IMG/VR virus record: IMGVR_UViG_3300028840_001210
Span: 1-59,757 of that record
Direction: 5' to 3' (one strand)
DNA from: a virus
Taxonomy: Duplodnaviria > Caudoviricetes
Length of the DNA stretch: 59,757 nucleotides
The notes beneath the pieces were generated by a model. It searched no databases. It was not told the DNA's origin and saw nothing but the letters and a program-made list of their open reading frames with translations. Each line of letters begins with the position of its first letter. Within the stretch, counting starts at the first letter, position 1. Positions 33,992 to 43,509 of the stretch are shown in pieces. The translations under genes were made by a program, and so were the position numbers.

Positions 33992-34809
33992 AGTATCGGC
34001 CTTTCTCCCAGTGGCGCGCTCGGCTGGCCAGCTTGGTTACAGTACACACCATCGACCTTGGACCAGAAAGCGCTGCGCATCTCGCACAGCGCTGTCAGGC
34101 GTCGAAGGCGACACGCGCGCTGGCGCTCTTCGATGGCGTCGAGCTGGTCGTCTCTGTCGAGCATGTTGACTCGCCAGCCATGCGACACGCACGTCGCAAA
34201 GCCAGCATGCCACGAGCGCTGGCTCGTAAGCTGGCCAGTAAAGCCTGACAAGTGATCGCGCGCGAGAATGTCGAGAAAGCCAAGTCGATCCATGAGATCG
34301 CCAGAGTGCCACGCGCACGCGTGCGCGACTGGTCGTACCACTTCGATCGTCGCGTCTTGGAAGCTCTCACGACTAAAACGCTCGATCCCTGGACCTCTGT
34401 ACAGTCGCTGGACGTATGGCGCGACGATTCCATACACTGGACGATCAGAGACAAAGCTCTCGCACCAAGAGATCCAGCCACGCGAGAGCACTTCGACCTG
34501 GCTGTCGAGTCGCACGAAAGGCTGGCCAGCGCGACGCTGTGCAAGCGCTTCATTGATCGACTGCGACTCGCCGAGACAGCGCCCATGAGACCTGACTTCG
34601 ACGTACCCACGACCAAGCGCAGCGAAGCGATCGCGATAGGCATGGAGCTGGCCGAGCGTGCGATCGTGCGAGCCATCGTCGATCAGCACCAAGTCGAAGC
34701 GCTCGCCAGTGGCGATCGACGACAGAAGGCACGAGAGCATGCGCACTGTTCTGTCGATCTGGTCGTGACAGACTGTTACGATCAAAGGTCTTTCTTCGTG
34801 TTCACTCAT
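33988..34809 (-). CDS. Divergent GT2-like glycosyltransferase
   Basis: LVLIDDGSHDRT, SINEAL, VRLDSQVEV. Confidence 0.7.
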   Translation of the reverse strand: MSEHEERPLIVTVCHDQIDRTVRMLSCLLSSIATGERFDLVLIDDGSHDRTLGQLHAYRDRFAALGRGYVEVRSHGRCLGESQSINEALAQRRAGQPFVRLDSQVEVLSRGWISWCESFVSDRPVYGIVAPYVQRLYRGPGIERFSRESFQDATIEVVRPVAHACAWHSGDLMDRLGFLDILARDHLSGFTGQLTSQRSWHAGFATCVSHGWRVNMLDRDDQLDAIEERQRACRLRRLTALCEMRSAFWSKVDGVYCNQAGQPSAPLGERPIL

Positions 34810-35644
34810 GGCCAGCACTCTCGACAAAGTCGATCGCTTCTTGCACGCGCTCGCCGCATGTGGCGTCTGGCATTGTTTCCCGGGAAACATTCATGCGCGC
34901 TTCGATCTCTTGCTCTCTTGTTGGCTTGCATAGAGCGAAGCGCATGGACACTGGATCATATCCCATGCTTTCCAGCTCGGCAGGCGACCAGATCGTACTG
35001 GGAAGTGCGCGCAGTGGTCGCACGCTGCGCGAGCGCATGTCGACGTACTCTCGCACAGGGAAGCGCATGACTGGCGTCTTGTTTTTGGCCATCGCTGCAG
35101 CGTAGCAAACGCGTATCGCTGGCGCGATGTGATCAAGAAAGATCTCGCCGAGCTGGTTATACATGGATCTGTTCCATAGCGCGCACTCTGGATCAAGGTA
35201 TGGTATTCTTGGGTGTATCTCTGCGCGCTGGCCGTTTTTGCCAAACGCGTCGACCTTGTACACTCTGCCCACGCCAAGGGCCCTGGCCGACTCTGTCAGC
35301 TCGTGAAACATGTTTTCGACCAGCATGCCACGCTTGACCACAACATGGCTGGCCAGCGTCAGTATAAAAGGCGTGCTCGCGATCGCGAAGGCTCGCGCGA
35401 GCGCTGGACCTGACCCCACGTCACTTGGGATCTTGTGTGTGTAGATCTTTTCGTTATGCTGCGCGAGACGCGCAGCCCACTGGCCGACGTCTGATCCAGC
35501 CTTCGAGCCATTGTCGATCAGTATGATGCTCATGTCTGGATAGAAACGAGTCAAGCTGTCGAGTGCTCTCTCGGCCAGCGCGCGCGTCTTGTTGATCGCG
35601 ATCGCGCACGTCGTTACAAGCTGTACCCCCTTTGTCATGTTCAC
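34802..35644 (-). CDS. Divergent GT2-like glycosyltransferase
   Basis: IILIDNGS, G.GPALARA; the DxD position reads LASH. Confidence 0.65.
   Translation of the reverse strand: MNMTKGVQLVTTCAIAINKTRALAERALDSLTRFYPDMSIILIDNGSKAGSDVGQWAARLAQHNEKIYTHKIPSDVGSGPALARAFAIASTPFILTLASHVVVKRGMLVENMFHELTESARALGVGRVYKVDAFGKNGQRAEIHPRIPYLDPECALWNRSMYNQLGEIFLDHIAPAIRVCYAAAMAKNKTPVMRFPVREYVDMRSRSVRPLRALPSTIWSPAELESMGYDPVSMRFALCKPTREQEIEARMNVSRETMPDATCGERVQEAIDFVESAGHE
34874..34889. promoter_or_regulatory. parS-like palindrome (4 of 6)
   Basis: TGTTTCCCGGGAAACA. Confidence 0.8.
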
Positions 35645-35832
35645 TCTTCGATCTCCCTTTCTTGGCCAGCACTGGCTGGCGTGTACGTGGTCTGTGGATC
35701 AATCATGCGCGTGAGCGTGTCGCGCAGCTCGCGCGCTTCGTCGAGAGAGAGAAACAAGATCGGCGCCGTGTCTCGGATCTGCAGCTCGATCACGTCTTCC
35801 AGACTCTGACGTCCATGACGCTCTAGTCTCAC
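35641..35832 (-). CDS. Small hypothetical protein
   Basis: GTGA coupling to portal; LSLDEARELRD. Confidence 0.5.
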   Translation of the reverse strand: MRLERHGRQSLEDVIELQIRDTAPILFLSLDEARELRDTLTRMIDPQTTYTPASAGQEREIEE

Positions 35833-37505
35833 TCTGCGATCTCCCCTTCTGGTAGCTCTTCTGAGTTTACGAGCTGGCCATACACGCGCCCGACTCGCCG
35901 CGTGCCATTGGCCAGCGCCCGATCGACGTCTTGCTCTGTGATCGTCACAAGATCGCCTTGGTACAAAACGTCGTCTTGACGCTCGACGTACAGTCTGCAT
36001 GCTTCGCTGATCTGGTCTTTCGTCAGACCAGCCGCGAACCCTTCCCAGTAGCGTCTGACTGGCTGCGCTGGATCATAGATACGCACGACGCGATCTCTTG
36101 GGTACTGGTACAAGACGATAGGCTCTTGTGGGTGTAAGACCAGCGCGCGCTGGACTGCTGGCGACTCCATGCAGCGCTCTCGAAGCAAGCGCATGTTTTT
36201 GTCGTCTGTCGCCTGGCTTTCCTCTTCTGTCTCTGTCCAGTCGGCTGGCATGATGTTATTCTGGACCAGCCACGATCGAGCCTCTTCTCTGGACCATAGC
36301 GGCTGGCCAGCGTCGAGCCCTGACTCGTATGCTCGCGACGCTGCAGCGATATACGCGTCTGCGACCTCGGCGACAAGCATCTCGCCTTCGGTGTCTCTTT
36401 CATCATACGAAAACTCTAGGGACTCTGGCATGAAGCTCTGGATCGCGTCTTGGTGTGAGAGCGTAAAGTCAGAGATCCCCTTCGAGCTGGACATGCGTCG
36501 CTGGTTTTCGCTCTCTTTGCCACGACCAAGAGCGCCCCCGGCGACGACCCAAAATTCTTCTGGCGACATACCAGCGCAGAGCGCCAGCGCGTACATGGAC
36601 AGCGCATAAAAGTCTTTGTGCGTGAAATTGGCCGGCAGCTCGGACAGCGCCACGAGTTTCGCGTCTGGGGGATGCGATCCCATCGTGGCGATCACAGAGA
36701 TCCCGCCATAGTAGCGGCGCTCGTGCGCTCTAGCCTCTTCTTGTCGGCTTTCCATGGCGTCTTCCCACTGTTGCTGGCTTATGTTTTGCAGTAGCAAGAG
36801 CCCTTTGGGCATGCGCGCGAGCACTGCCTCTTGATCGTGGTACAGCACAGCGATCAGTATGCGCAAAAGCTCGTATGCGCGCGACATGAAACAGTACCCC
36901 AGTCCATGGTAGTTTTCGTCGTCGCTCGGCATGCTCGCAGTGCGCACAAAGTCAGACGATCGCCACTTTTGCATGCGGCCTCGAGCTGGATAATAGCGCA
37001 GTGGGTACTCTGGATCAGCGACCAAGCGACAGCGCGCGCTGTCGACGTGGTAGATCGCGCGTACCGGGCCCTCTTCGCCATCTCTGCCTAGCTCTGTAAC
37101 ACTGTTCATGTCTGTGACCCAGTGCGACAGCGACGCTCTGCGCGCATAGTATCGCCAGTCTTGATCGTCGGCTCGCTTGAACATGCGCGAGAAGCGCAAG
37201 ACCTGATTGCGCCCCCCGAGCAAAGTCCAGCCGCGATTGCTGTCCAGTAGCGTGAGCTGGTTTACCACGCCGGCCATGTGCGGCTCGCGACGCCAGCTCT
37301 CGCGCATAAAGCGATCGCGCTTGCGCGAGTCGGGTATATACTCAGGCGCGACCAGGTCGAGCTTTTGCACCCAATTGGCGATACTCAGCACATACGACGA
37401 CGCGTCTGCAGCACTGACAGCACTGGGATCGAGTCTCGGCTGTTTGCTGTACGTCTCTTGCGCACGCTCGACGACGTCGTGCGCGATCTGTGTTTCTTGA
37501 TCCAT
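35829..37505 (-). CDS. Portal protein
   Basis: Follows TerL; IYHVDS.R, GLG, PKGLL, A...GMSPEE motifs. Confidence 0.85.
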   Translation of the reverse strand: MDQETQIAHDVVERAQETYSKQPRLDPSAVSAADASSYVLSIANWVQKLDLVAPEYIPDSRKRDRFMRESWRREPHMAGVVNQLTLLDSNRGWTLLGGRNQVLRFSRMFKRADDQDWRYYARRASLSHWVTDMNSVTELGRDGEEGPVRAIYHVDSARCRLVADPEYPLRYYPARGRMQKWRSSDFVRTASMPSDDENYHGLGYCFMSRAYELLRILIAVLYHDQEAVLARMPKGLLLLQNISQQQWEDAMESRQEEARAHERRYYGGISVIATMGSHPPDAKLVALSELPANFTHKDFYALSMYALALCAGMSPEEFWVVAGGALGRGKESENQRRMSSSKGISDFTLSHQDAIQSFMPESLEFSYDERDTEGEMLVAEVADAYIAAASRAYESGLDAGQPLWSREEARSWLVQNNIMPADWTETEEESQATDDKNMRLLRERCMESPAVQRALVLHPQEPIVLYQYPRDRVVRIYDPAQPVRRYWEGFAAGLTKDQISEACRLYVERQDDVLYQGDLVTITEQDVDRALANGTRRVGRVYGQLVNSEELPEGEIAE

Positions 37506-37507
37506 GT

Positions 37508-38869
37508 CTATCCTCCCGACGATCCACGCGCCCAACCAGCGCGCGAGCTTGCGCCATATGCGAGAGCGCCAGCCGCGATCGAGTCTGGCAAGTGGTCGAC
37601 ACGTCCCCCACTGTACACGTCAGCGCGCGACGCGAAAAGGTGCTCGCCATACATGGACTCGATTCTAGGCGCTCTGATCTCTTCTCTTTCTATCGCTGCG
37701 ATATAGTTGCTTAGCATGTTCGATCTCGGCTTTCCAACCATCTGGACGCCAGTCGCATCGACTTCGATATAGTCGTCGATCACGTCGCCGAGTCCAGTCC
37801 CATCGTGCGCGGCTTGCCCTGGGTACATACGCACGCGATCATTGTACTTTTGGACCATCAGCGGCCAAGGCTGTCGGCCAGTGCGCTCGTATGCGACCAA
37901 GCGCCATGGCATGCAGTCTGTGCGAAACGTGATGATCACAGTATAGTCTTTCTCTTTCGCCCAGTCGGCGCCGGTCGTGTACCTGGCTCGCTTCTCTGGC
38001 GGCTCGACTATGATCAGCTCGTCGAGTCGACCTTCGTACTGTCCGAGCGACGCGTCGAACATGATCTCTGTTTTGGCTGGTACGATGGCGCGCGATCCCG
38101 GCGCTGGATCTTGGAGATCATACTCTGCATCCCACATGGCCTGGGTAACAGTCTGTCGCTTCGCTTCCAAGTTGCTGCGCAAGAGCCAGCCATGCGGCTC
38201 TAGAGTCTCCTTATAACACCACTGGTACACTGGCCAGCCACGCACCTTGGCGCGCTTTAGGATCTCTGTCATCGTGCCTTGCGCGTACTGATGTGTCGAC
38301 GACAGTACTGTCTGGCTCTTTATGTTGTGCGTGTCCATCGGCTGGCCGAGCGCGCTGTCGAGTATGATTATGCTCGTTTCGTCGGCCTCATCCAGACGTA
38401 GGCGCTGTGGGTGTGGACCACGTACCGACGCAGTCGACGCCATCAGCGCGCGTATGTGATTGCCGTATACGAGCTTGGTCTCGCGCTTGACCGGATCCGA
38501 CGCGAGAAGGTTTACAGGCGCGCGCTTGTAGTCCCAAAAGTTGGTCATGTACTCGTGTACTCGCGCGCTTTGCTCGCCAGATCCACCAAGTACACTGACT
38601 GACGCTTTCAGCGAGCACGCTTCGACCAGACCCAAGAGAGCGAGCAAGAAAGACTTGCCACCAAAGCCGCGCGATGCTTTCCACACTGCCACTGGCGAGC
38701 GCGCAAAGTACGCGTCGGCGAAAGCGCGCCATGGCGTGGTATGGTTCTCGCAGACTTGCACGTCTGGGATCTGGACGCCGAAAGAGACGCGCACAAACTC
38801 GCGCAACGTCTCTTCTTTTCTGATCGGCAGCTTGAACCTGTGTACTTTTTTGTGTCTACTCTTCGCCAT
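37508..38869 (-). CDS. terL: Terminase large subunit
   Basis: SRGFGGKS Walker A, VRG, LRLDEAD Walker B, GADWAK..DYT, DGTGLG, PDSI.A. Confidence 0.95.
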   Translation of the reverse strand: MAKSRHKKVHRFKLPIRKEETLREFVRVSFGVQIPDVQVCENHTTPWRAFADAYFARSPVAVWKASRGFGGKSFLLALLGLVEACSLKASVSVLGGSGEQSARVHEYMTNFWDYKRAPVNLLASDPVKRETKLVYGNHIRALMASTASVRGPHPQRLRLDEADETSIIILDSALGQPMDTHNIKSQTVLSSTHQYAQGTMTEILKRAKVRGWPVYQWCYKETLEPHGWLLRSNLEAKRQTVTQAMWDAEYDLQDPAPGSRAIVPAKTEIMFDASLGQYEGRLDELIIVEPPEKRARYTTGADWAKEKDYTVIITFRTDCMPWRLVAYERTGRQPWPLMVQKYNDRVRMYPGQAAHDGTGLGDVIDDYIEVDATGVQMVGKPRSNMLSNYIAAIEREEIRAPRIESMYGEHLFASRADVYSGGRVDHLPDSIAAGALAYGASSRAGWARGSSGG

Positions 38870-39419
38870 GGTCGTCGTCTTCGTCGTCGTACTCGACGAT
38901 CTCGACGACGTCGTGCGATACTGTCAAAGGCTCGCCATCTGCGCCAGTGATCTCTTTGCGTGGCATGAACCCATAGCGCTTGGCGGCTGGCGAGTGTGTG
39001 AGCACATGGAGTACTTGACGCCAGTCGCCTTTTGCAGCGCCAGACCACAGCCAATTATAGGCGACGTCGAAGAGTCGATCTTGCTGTGAGTCCCATGCGC
39101 GCTTGACGCTTGGGTGTCGTTTAATGTAATTCTCGACAGTGTGTCTGTGACAGCCGAGCCGATCGGCAGCGCCCTGGATCACTCCATTGGCTGCGTCGAG
39201 TGCTTCGATCACTTGCGCGCAAGAGTACTTCTCTGGTCTTCCGATCTTCTTTTCTGGGTTTTGGATCTCTTCGATCTCGCGCTCGGCCTGTGCGATCTGG
39301 TCGAAGAGATCTTCGAGTCGTTTGGCCAGCTCTGCGCGCTCTCTGACCTCTTCCAGACAAGCGCGCACCTCTTCGAGTCTTCGCTCTGCCTCTTGGACCT
39401 GTACGACCAGATCGATCAT
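38856..39419 (-). CDS. terS: Terminase small subunit (HTH)
   Basis: AADRLGCHRHTV HTH; EITGADGEP tail; directly upstream of TerL. Confidence 0.8.
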   Translation of the reverse strand: MIDLVVQVQEAERRLEEVRACLEEVRERAELAKRLEDLFDQIAQAEREIEEIQNPEKKIGRPEKYSCAQVIEALDAANGVIQGAADRLGCHRHTVENYIKRHPSVKRAWDSQQDRLFDVAYNWLWSGAAKGDWRQVLHVLTHSPAAKRYGFMPRKEITGADGEPLTVSHDVVEIVEYDDEDDDHGEE

Positions 39420-39428
39420 GTGTCCCCC

Positions 39429-40865
39429 TTACGACTCGCCAGCGATCTGGCTGGCCAGCTTTGCGCCAGCGCTCCCACCATGACGCAAGAGCGATCGAGT
39501 GCTGGCTCGCTCGATCGCTTCTCTCTTTATGTAGGTATGAAGGTATCGTGTCGGCAGTGTCGACCACGTGTACACGCCAAACAGGCGATCTATGTCGAGA
39601 TACTTTTCGAGCGTCGCGCGTCTGACGTTACCACTCGACGACCAGAAAGCGCGAGACGTCGAGAGCTGGCGAAAGAGCGAAGCGTCGCGCAGCTCGCCAC
39701 GCACAGCCAAGAGCCAGAGAGTGATCGTCGACAGTCCTTCTGGACCAAACGCGCTGGACACTGTCACAGTGTCACTATTGAACAGGCGACGCTTGAACGT
39801 GCCAAGCGCGCAGTGCGCAGCCTGCAGGCGAGTGATCGCGCTCTCTCTGTAGTCTTCGTACCTGGCTGGCCATACAGCGGCTGGCGTACATGGCATGGGT
39901 TTGAAAGGTGTATGTGTGATGTCTATGCGAGTACTCGCGTCATGCATGGGATCGCCTTTGTACTCGACGAAAGAGTCAAAAACAGACTCCCAAGTCGAGC
40001 GCATCTCGTGCCAGTCGTCGAGCGTCTCTGTCGGGTAGCCAATGATATTCATGACTCTGATTTTATACAGTGGAGCTGTGCGGCGAAGAGTACCAGCGAA
40101 GAGAGCGACCAGCATGTCACGTGAGATCGGTTTGTTGACCATACGTCGCAAGCGCTCCGAGAGTCCATCGCAGCCGATCAGCATCGAAGAGCCTGGCCAA
40201 GAGTCTGGACGATCGAGATCTAGCTCAAAGATCGTCGACTCTTCTGCAGACGCGACTGTCGCAGTGCGCGAGCTTGCAAACTTTTGCGCGCCGCCCATGT
40301 TGCGTCGAGTCCACGAGTACTGGCAAAACAGACACTTGCGATCGCAGCCTATCGCGATCTCTCTGTATGGCTTGCCATTGGCGAGCTGGTACGTGTACGG
40401 GTATGGTCGCTCGGCCTGTCTGTACTGGTACTGGCCATCTGGATCAAAGTCGTGCGAGTAGCAGATAGCTGGATCGTCGAGCTGGTCGCCAGCCGCGATC
40501 GCTTCGACCAGTGGCACGATCAGATCTTCGCCACGACCAAAGACAAAGACGTCGCCATACTCCAAGAAAGGGAGCACATTGTCGACGCCCGGACCACCGA
40601 TTATGGTTTTGTAGTCGCCTTTGGGCCATGAGACGCGCTCGGCGACAAAGCTGTACCAGTCATACGCAGAGACGATCGACACGAGCACGACGTCAAAGTC
40701 GGCGACTGTTGGCGCGCTGCAGTACCCACAGACATGGCCAGCTCTCTGCAGCGCGTCGCGTATCATCTCTAGGCCTGGCCAGACGCGCACGTCGTAAGAC
40801 TCGGTCTTGTACGCGCTCTTGGCATAGCTATCTTGCACGTATGCAGCGATCTGCAGACTTTTCAT
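39429..40865 (-). CDS. Radical SAM enzyme with B12-binding-like N-terminus
   Basis: IIGGPG, GRGE, GCDRKCLFCQY (CxxxCxxC), DGLSERLR..VNKPI, IIGYPTET, PFKPMPCTP. Confidence 0.85.
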   Translation of the reverse strand: MKSLQIAAYVQDSYAKSAYKTESYDVRVWPGLEMIRDALQRAGHVCGYCSAPTVADFDVVLVSIVSAYDWYSFVAERVSWPKGDYKTIIGGPGVDNVLPFLEYGDVFVFGRGEDLIVPLVEAIAAGDQLDDPAICYSHDFDPDGQYQYRQAERPYPYTYQLANGKPYREIAIGCDRKCLFCQYSWTRRNMGGAQKFASSRTATVASAEESTIFELDLDRPDSWPGSSMLIGCDGLSERLRRMVNKPISRDMLVALFAGTLRRTAPLYKIRVMNIIGYPTETLDDWHEMRSTWESVFDSFVEYKGDPMHDASTRIDITHTPFKPMPCTPAAVWPARYEDYRESAITRLQAAHCALGTFKRRLFNSDTVTVSSAFGPEGLSTITLWLLAVRGELRDASLFRQLSTSRAFWSSSGNVRRATLEKYLDIDRLFGVYTWSTLPTRYLHTYIKREAIERASTRSLLRHGGSAGAKLASQIAGES

Positions 40866-41443
40866 GCGTCCACTCGAAAGGAAAAGCCGCACTTGGGGCA
40901 GTGGTACGTGCTCGACTCTGCGTCGCCGGCCTCGGCGCTCGCGTCTTCGCCCCCGAGATCCACTTCGACTGGCTGGATCTCGACTTGGATCTCTTGGATC
41001 TCGACTGGCGTCCAGAACGGCACGAAGTCGATCCCACCTTGCATGTCGGCGAGAAGTCGCTCGCCATCCAGATCATAATTGACCTCTGACAAGCGATTGT
41101 CGACGTAGGCCAGCGTGCGGCCCTCTGGCGTCTCTATGTCGAGATCGTCGCGCTTGGTCGCCACCAAGAGCTGGCCTTCTGTCTCGATCAAAACGAGCTG
41201 CGAGATCCCTGCAGCCTTGCACTGTGCGAGCGTCTTGTTACCGCCGATCGTCTTGAGATTCTTGTCGAGCAAGATCCCACGACCAGCGCCAAAGCGCTCG
41301 ATCGACTCGGCGAGCATCGCGTTACCGCGTGGCGTGCCTTTGTTGGCATTGTGCGAGTCTGGTATCGCTTCGTCAATGTCGACGATACGCACGCGCACAC
41401 CTGGCGCGACTTCGTGTACTGTCCCTGGCAAAGTGTCAGACAT
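40862..41443 (-). CDS. ParB/Srx N-terminal domain protein with C-terminal zinc ribbon
   Basis: N.N, L..SI..FG..R.I, IGGNKT, YVDNRLSE, CPKCG. Confidence 0.8.
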   Translation of the reverse strand: MSDTLPGTVHEVAPGVRVRIVDIDEAIPDSHNANKGTPRGNAMLAESIERFGAGRGILLDKNLKTIGGNKTLAQCKAAGISQLVLIETEGQLLVATKRDDLDIETPEGRTLAYVDNRLSEVNYDLDGERLLADMQGGIDFVPFWTPVEIQEIQVEIQPVEVDLGGEDASAEAGDAESSTYHCPKCGFSFRVDA

Positions 41444-41457
41444 GGTATACCCCCTAT

Positions 41458-41537
41458 GAAAGAAAGGCGCGACGCGATGACCAGTCGCGAACGCGCCCAA
41501 AGTGGGAAGATCGGAGAAACGATACTTCGCCACACAC
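41458..41537 (-). ncRNA. Putative multi-target antisense sRNA / terminated leader of the packaging operon
   Basis: Promoter at 41572-41544; 5' GUGUGUGG and UCGUUUCUCC complement early-gene leader boxes; GGCGCG..CGCGCC plus UUUCUUUC terminator. Confidence 0.65.
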
Positions 41538-41543
41538 AGATCC

Positions 41544-41572
41544 ATTATAGCACGGCGCTGTCACTTCGTCAA
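41544..41572 (-). promoter_or_regulatory. Leftward promoter
   Basis: TTGACG-17-TATAAT with TG; shares CTTGACGA..CCGTGCTATAAT with the promoter at 29992-30021. Confidence 0.8.
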
Positions 41573-41603
41573 GGGCCAGACGCCAGAAAAGCAAAACTCG
41601 ATC

Positions 41604-41703
41604 GAAAGATCTTTGCAAAATGTCTTGACATTCTCGCGAGCCTGTGCTATAATGTGTCTGTTGGACCTGACCGCACGACCACACACAGAGACGGAGAAAC
41701 CAC
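41604..41703 (+). promoter_or_regulatory. Early promoter/leader cassette, copy 2
   Basis: -35 at 41625, -10 at 41648; identical downstream block. Confidence 0.9.
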
Positions 41704-41940
41704 ATGGACGCAGTAACAAAGCTCACCAAGCTAAACCAGCTCACTGCCACAAAATTCGATCGCGAGTACAAGCGCCTGACAGCGCTCACACTGGACCAGG
41801 CGAGCCAAGTACTGGCCGAGTACAAAGCGGTTTATGGCGACGACTTTGTCGTCTCGATCGTCACAGTCGCAAAGCTGCGCGCAAAGACTGCAGCGCTCGC
41901 CGAGCTGGCCGAGCAAGGGATCGAGATAGTAGGCGCGTAA
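41704..41940 (+). CDS. Early hypothetical protein
   Basis: GGAGA SD after the cassette. Confidence 0.75.
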   Translation: MDAVTKLTKLNQLTATKFDREYKRLTALTLDQASQVLAEYKAVYGDDFVVSIVTVAKLRAKTAALAELAEQGIEIVGA

Positions 41941-42006
41941 GACCAGACCACAGCGCGAGCTGGCCAAGTCGACCAGCTCGCGCCCACACACACAGGAGAA
42001 ACGACC

Positions 42007-42483
42007 ATGGCATACGTTACAGACATCTGCTCGCTAGACTACCAACTAAACCAGCCCACTTGGCTACACAGCCAGCTCGATCGCCAGTCGCGCGACGTCG
42101 TGCTCTTGCGCGCGTCACAGCTTCATTATATCGCCATTCTCGGCGACGCGCTGCGCATCCAAGAGATCGACGACTCGTACAGCGTGGTCGACGTGCCTTT
42201 CGCAGACGCGACACATGGCACGCTGCGCACGCCCATGACGCTGGTAGACATCGCCGACAGAGACGACGTCGTCGCTGCGCTTCTCGCAGAAGGGACACGA
42301 GTACAAGTCGTCGAAGCTGTCTCGCTTCGCCGCCAGAATATCATAGAGACGATCGTCGTCAATGCGATGCGCGATCAGTACCACAGCTTGGCCGAGCGCG
42401 TCGACCAGCTCGACCAGTACCAGCAAAACCAAGTCAACCAGATCGCGTACATGCTGCGCGACTTTGGCTACTCTGTACGCTAG
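42007..42483 (+). CDS. Early hypothetical protein
   Basis: CCACACAC and GGAGAAACGAC leader. Confidence 0.75.
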   Translation: MAYVTDICSLDYQLNQPTWLHSQLDRQSRDVVLLRASQLHYIAILGDALRIQEIDDSYSVVDVPFADATHGTLRTPMTLVDIADRDDVVAALLAEGTRVQVVEAVSLRRQNIIETIVVNAMRDQYHSLAERVDQLDQYQQNQVNQIAYMLRDFGYSVR

Positions 42484-42543
42484 AATCGACCTGAGCGCGC
42501 TGGCGAGAGCTGGCGCGCTCACACACAGAAACGGAGAAACGAC

Positions 42544-42696
42544 ATGACGACCACGACCACGACCAGACGCAAGACCTCGAAGGCTCTTTTCAAGTGCATG
42601 CAGTGTGGACGCAAGTTTCGCACGACCAAGAGCGCAGAGCGCGCCATGATGCGTGGCTGTCCCAAGTGTGGCGCGAGCGACGTCGATCTCGCATAG
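42544..42696 (+). CDS. 50-aa zinc-ribbon protein (absent from the ORF track)
   Basis: MTTTTTTRRKTSKALFKCMQCGRKF...CPKCGASDVDLA; GGAGAAACGAC leader. Confidence 0.8.
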   Translation: MTTTTTTRRKTSKALFKCMQCGRKFRTTKSAERAMMRGCPKCGASDVDLA

Positions 42697-42710
42697 CTCG
42701 CACGACCACA

Positions 42711-42743
42711 GAGAGCGCTGGCCCTGGCTGGCGCTCTTTTTTT
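42711..42743 (+). terminator. Intrinsic terminator
   Basis: GAGCGCTGGC/GCTGGCGCTC stem plus T7. Confidence 0.8.
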
Positions 42744-42758
42744 GTTGCCAGATTGATC

Positions 42759-42861
42759 GAAAGATCTTTGCAAAAAGTCTTGACATTCTCTCGCGCCTGT
42801 GCTATAATGTGTCTGTTGGACCTGACCGCACGACCACACACACAGCACTTGGAGAAACGAC
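42759..42861 (+). promoter_or_regulatory. Early promoter/leader cassette, copy 3
   Basis: -35 at 42780, -10 at 42803. Confidence 0.9.
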
Positions 42862-43509
42862 ATGAAGCAAGCGACGACCTACTACCAGCTACTTGGCCAG
42901 AAACTGTACGAGCACAAAGTCACCTCGCGATACGGCCAGATACAAGCCGACGTACAGCTCGGCCCTCGCATCACAGACGACCAGACCAAGATCGAGATCC
43001 CTTCGTACTCGTACCATGGCGACGCTGTCGAATGGTGGAAGCTCATGGGCTTTCGCTTCGATCGCGATCGCTTGGTCTGGTATCGCGACTTGGCAAAGCC
43101 AGCCAAGGGCCAGAGCAAGCCACACCGGCCAGAAGTCTGGCTCAAGTGCGCGAGCCGCAAGTATGCAGAGTTTTGCCCGATCTTCGAGCACTTGAACTAT
43201 ACGCGCGACAGCTCGGTACGCGCGCAGCACTTCCCCTTCGAGTTTCTCGCCATTGGCCAAACGTTCTACATGTACGACCCGGCCATCGACGACGACTTGG
43301 TCAAAGCTCGCACCAAGAAGGACCATGGCGAGCTTCCCAAGAATCTGGAAGTCTGGATCGTCTTGGACGAAGGCGAAGATCTGCGCGACTACTACAGTGT
43401 CGCAGTCGACACGCTCAAAGAGCAAAGCGCAGCCAGCGAAAAGCCAGCGACCATGAGTCGCCAATTGTACGAGATGGACAAGCGCGCAAGAGGGATCAGC
43501 ACCGACTAG
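42862..43509 (+). CDS. Early hypothetical protein
   Basis: Leader boxes; MGFRFD....WY motif. Confidence 0.75.
   Translation: MKQATTYYQLLGQKLYEHKVTSRYGQIQADVQLGPRITDDQTKIEIPSYSYHGDAVEWWKLMGFRFDRDRLVWYRDLAKPAKGQSKPHRPEVWLKCASRKYAEFCPIFEHLNYTRDSSVRAQHFPFEFLAIGQTFYMYDPAIDDDLVKARTKKDHGELPKNLEVWIVLDEGEDLRDYYSVAVDTLKEQSAASEKPATMSRQLYEMDKRARGISTD

Noticed and set aside
40862-41443. Second partition ParB
   Set aside because: Has only the N-terminal ParB/Srx domain and no HTH; context points to modification or packaging
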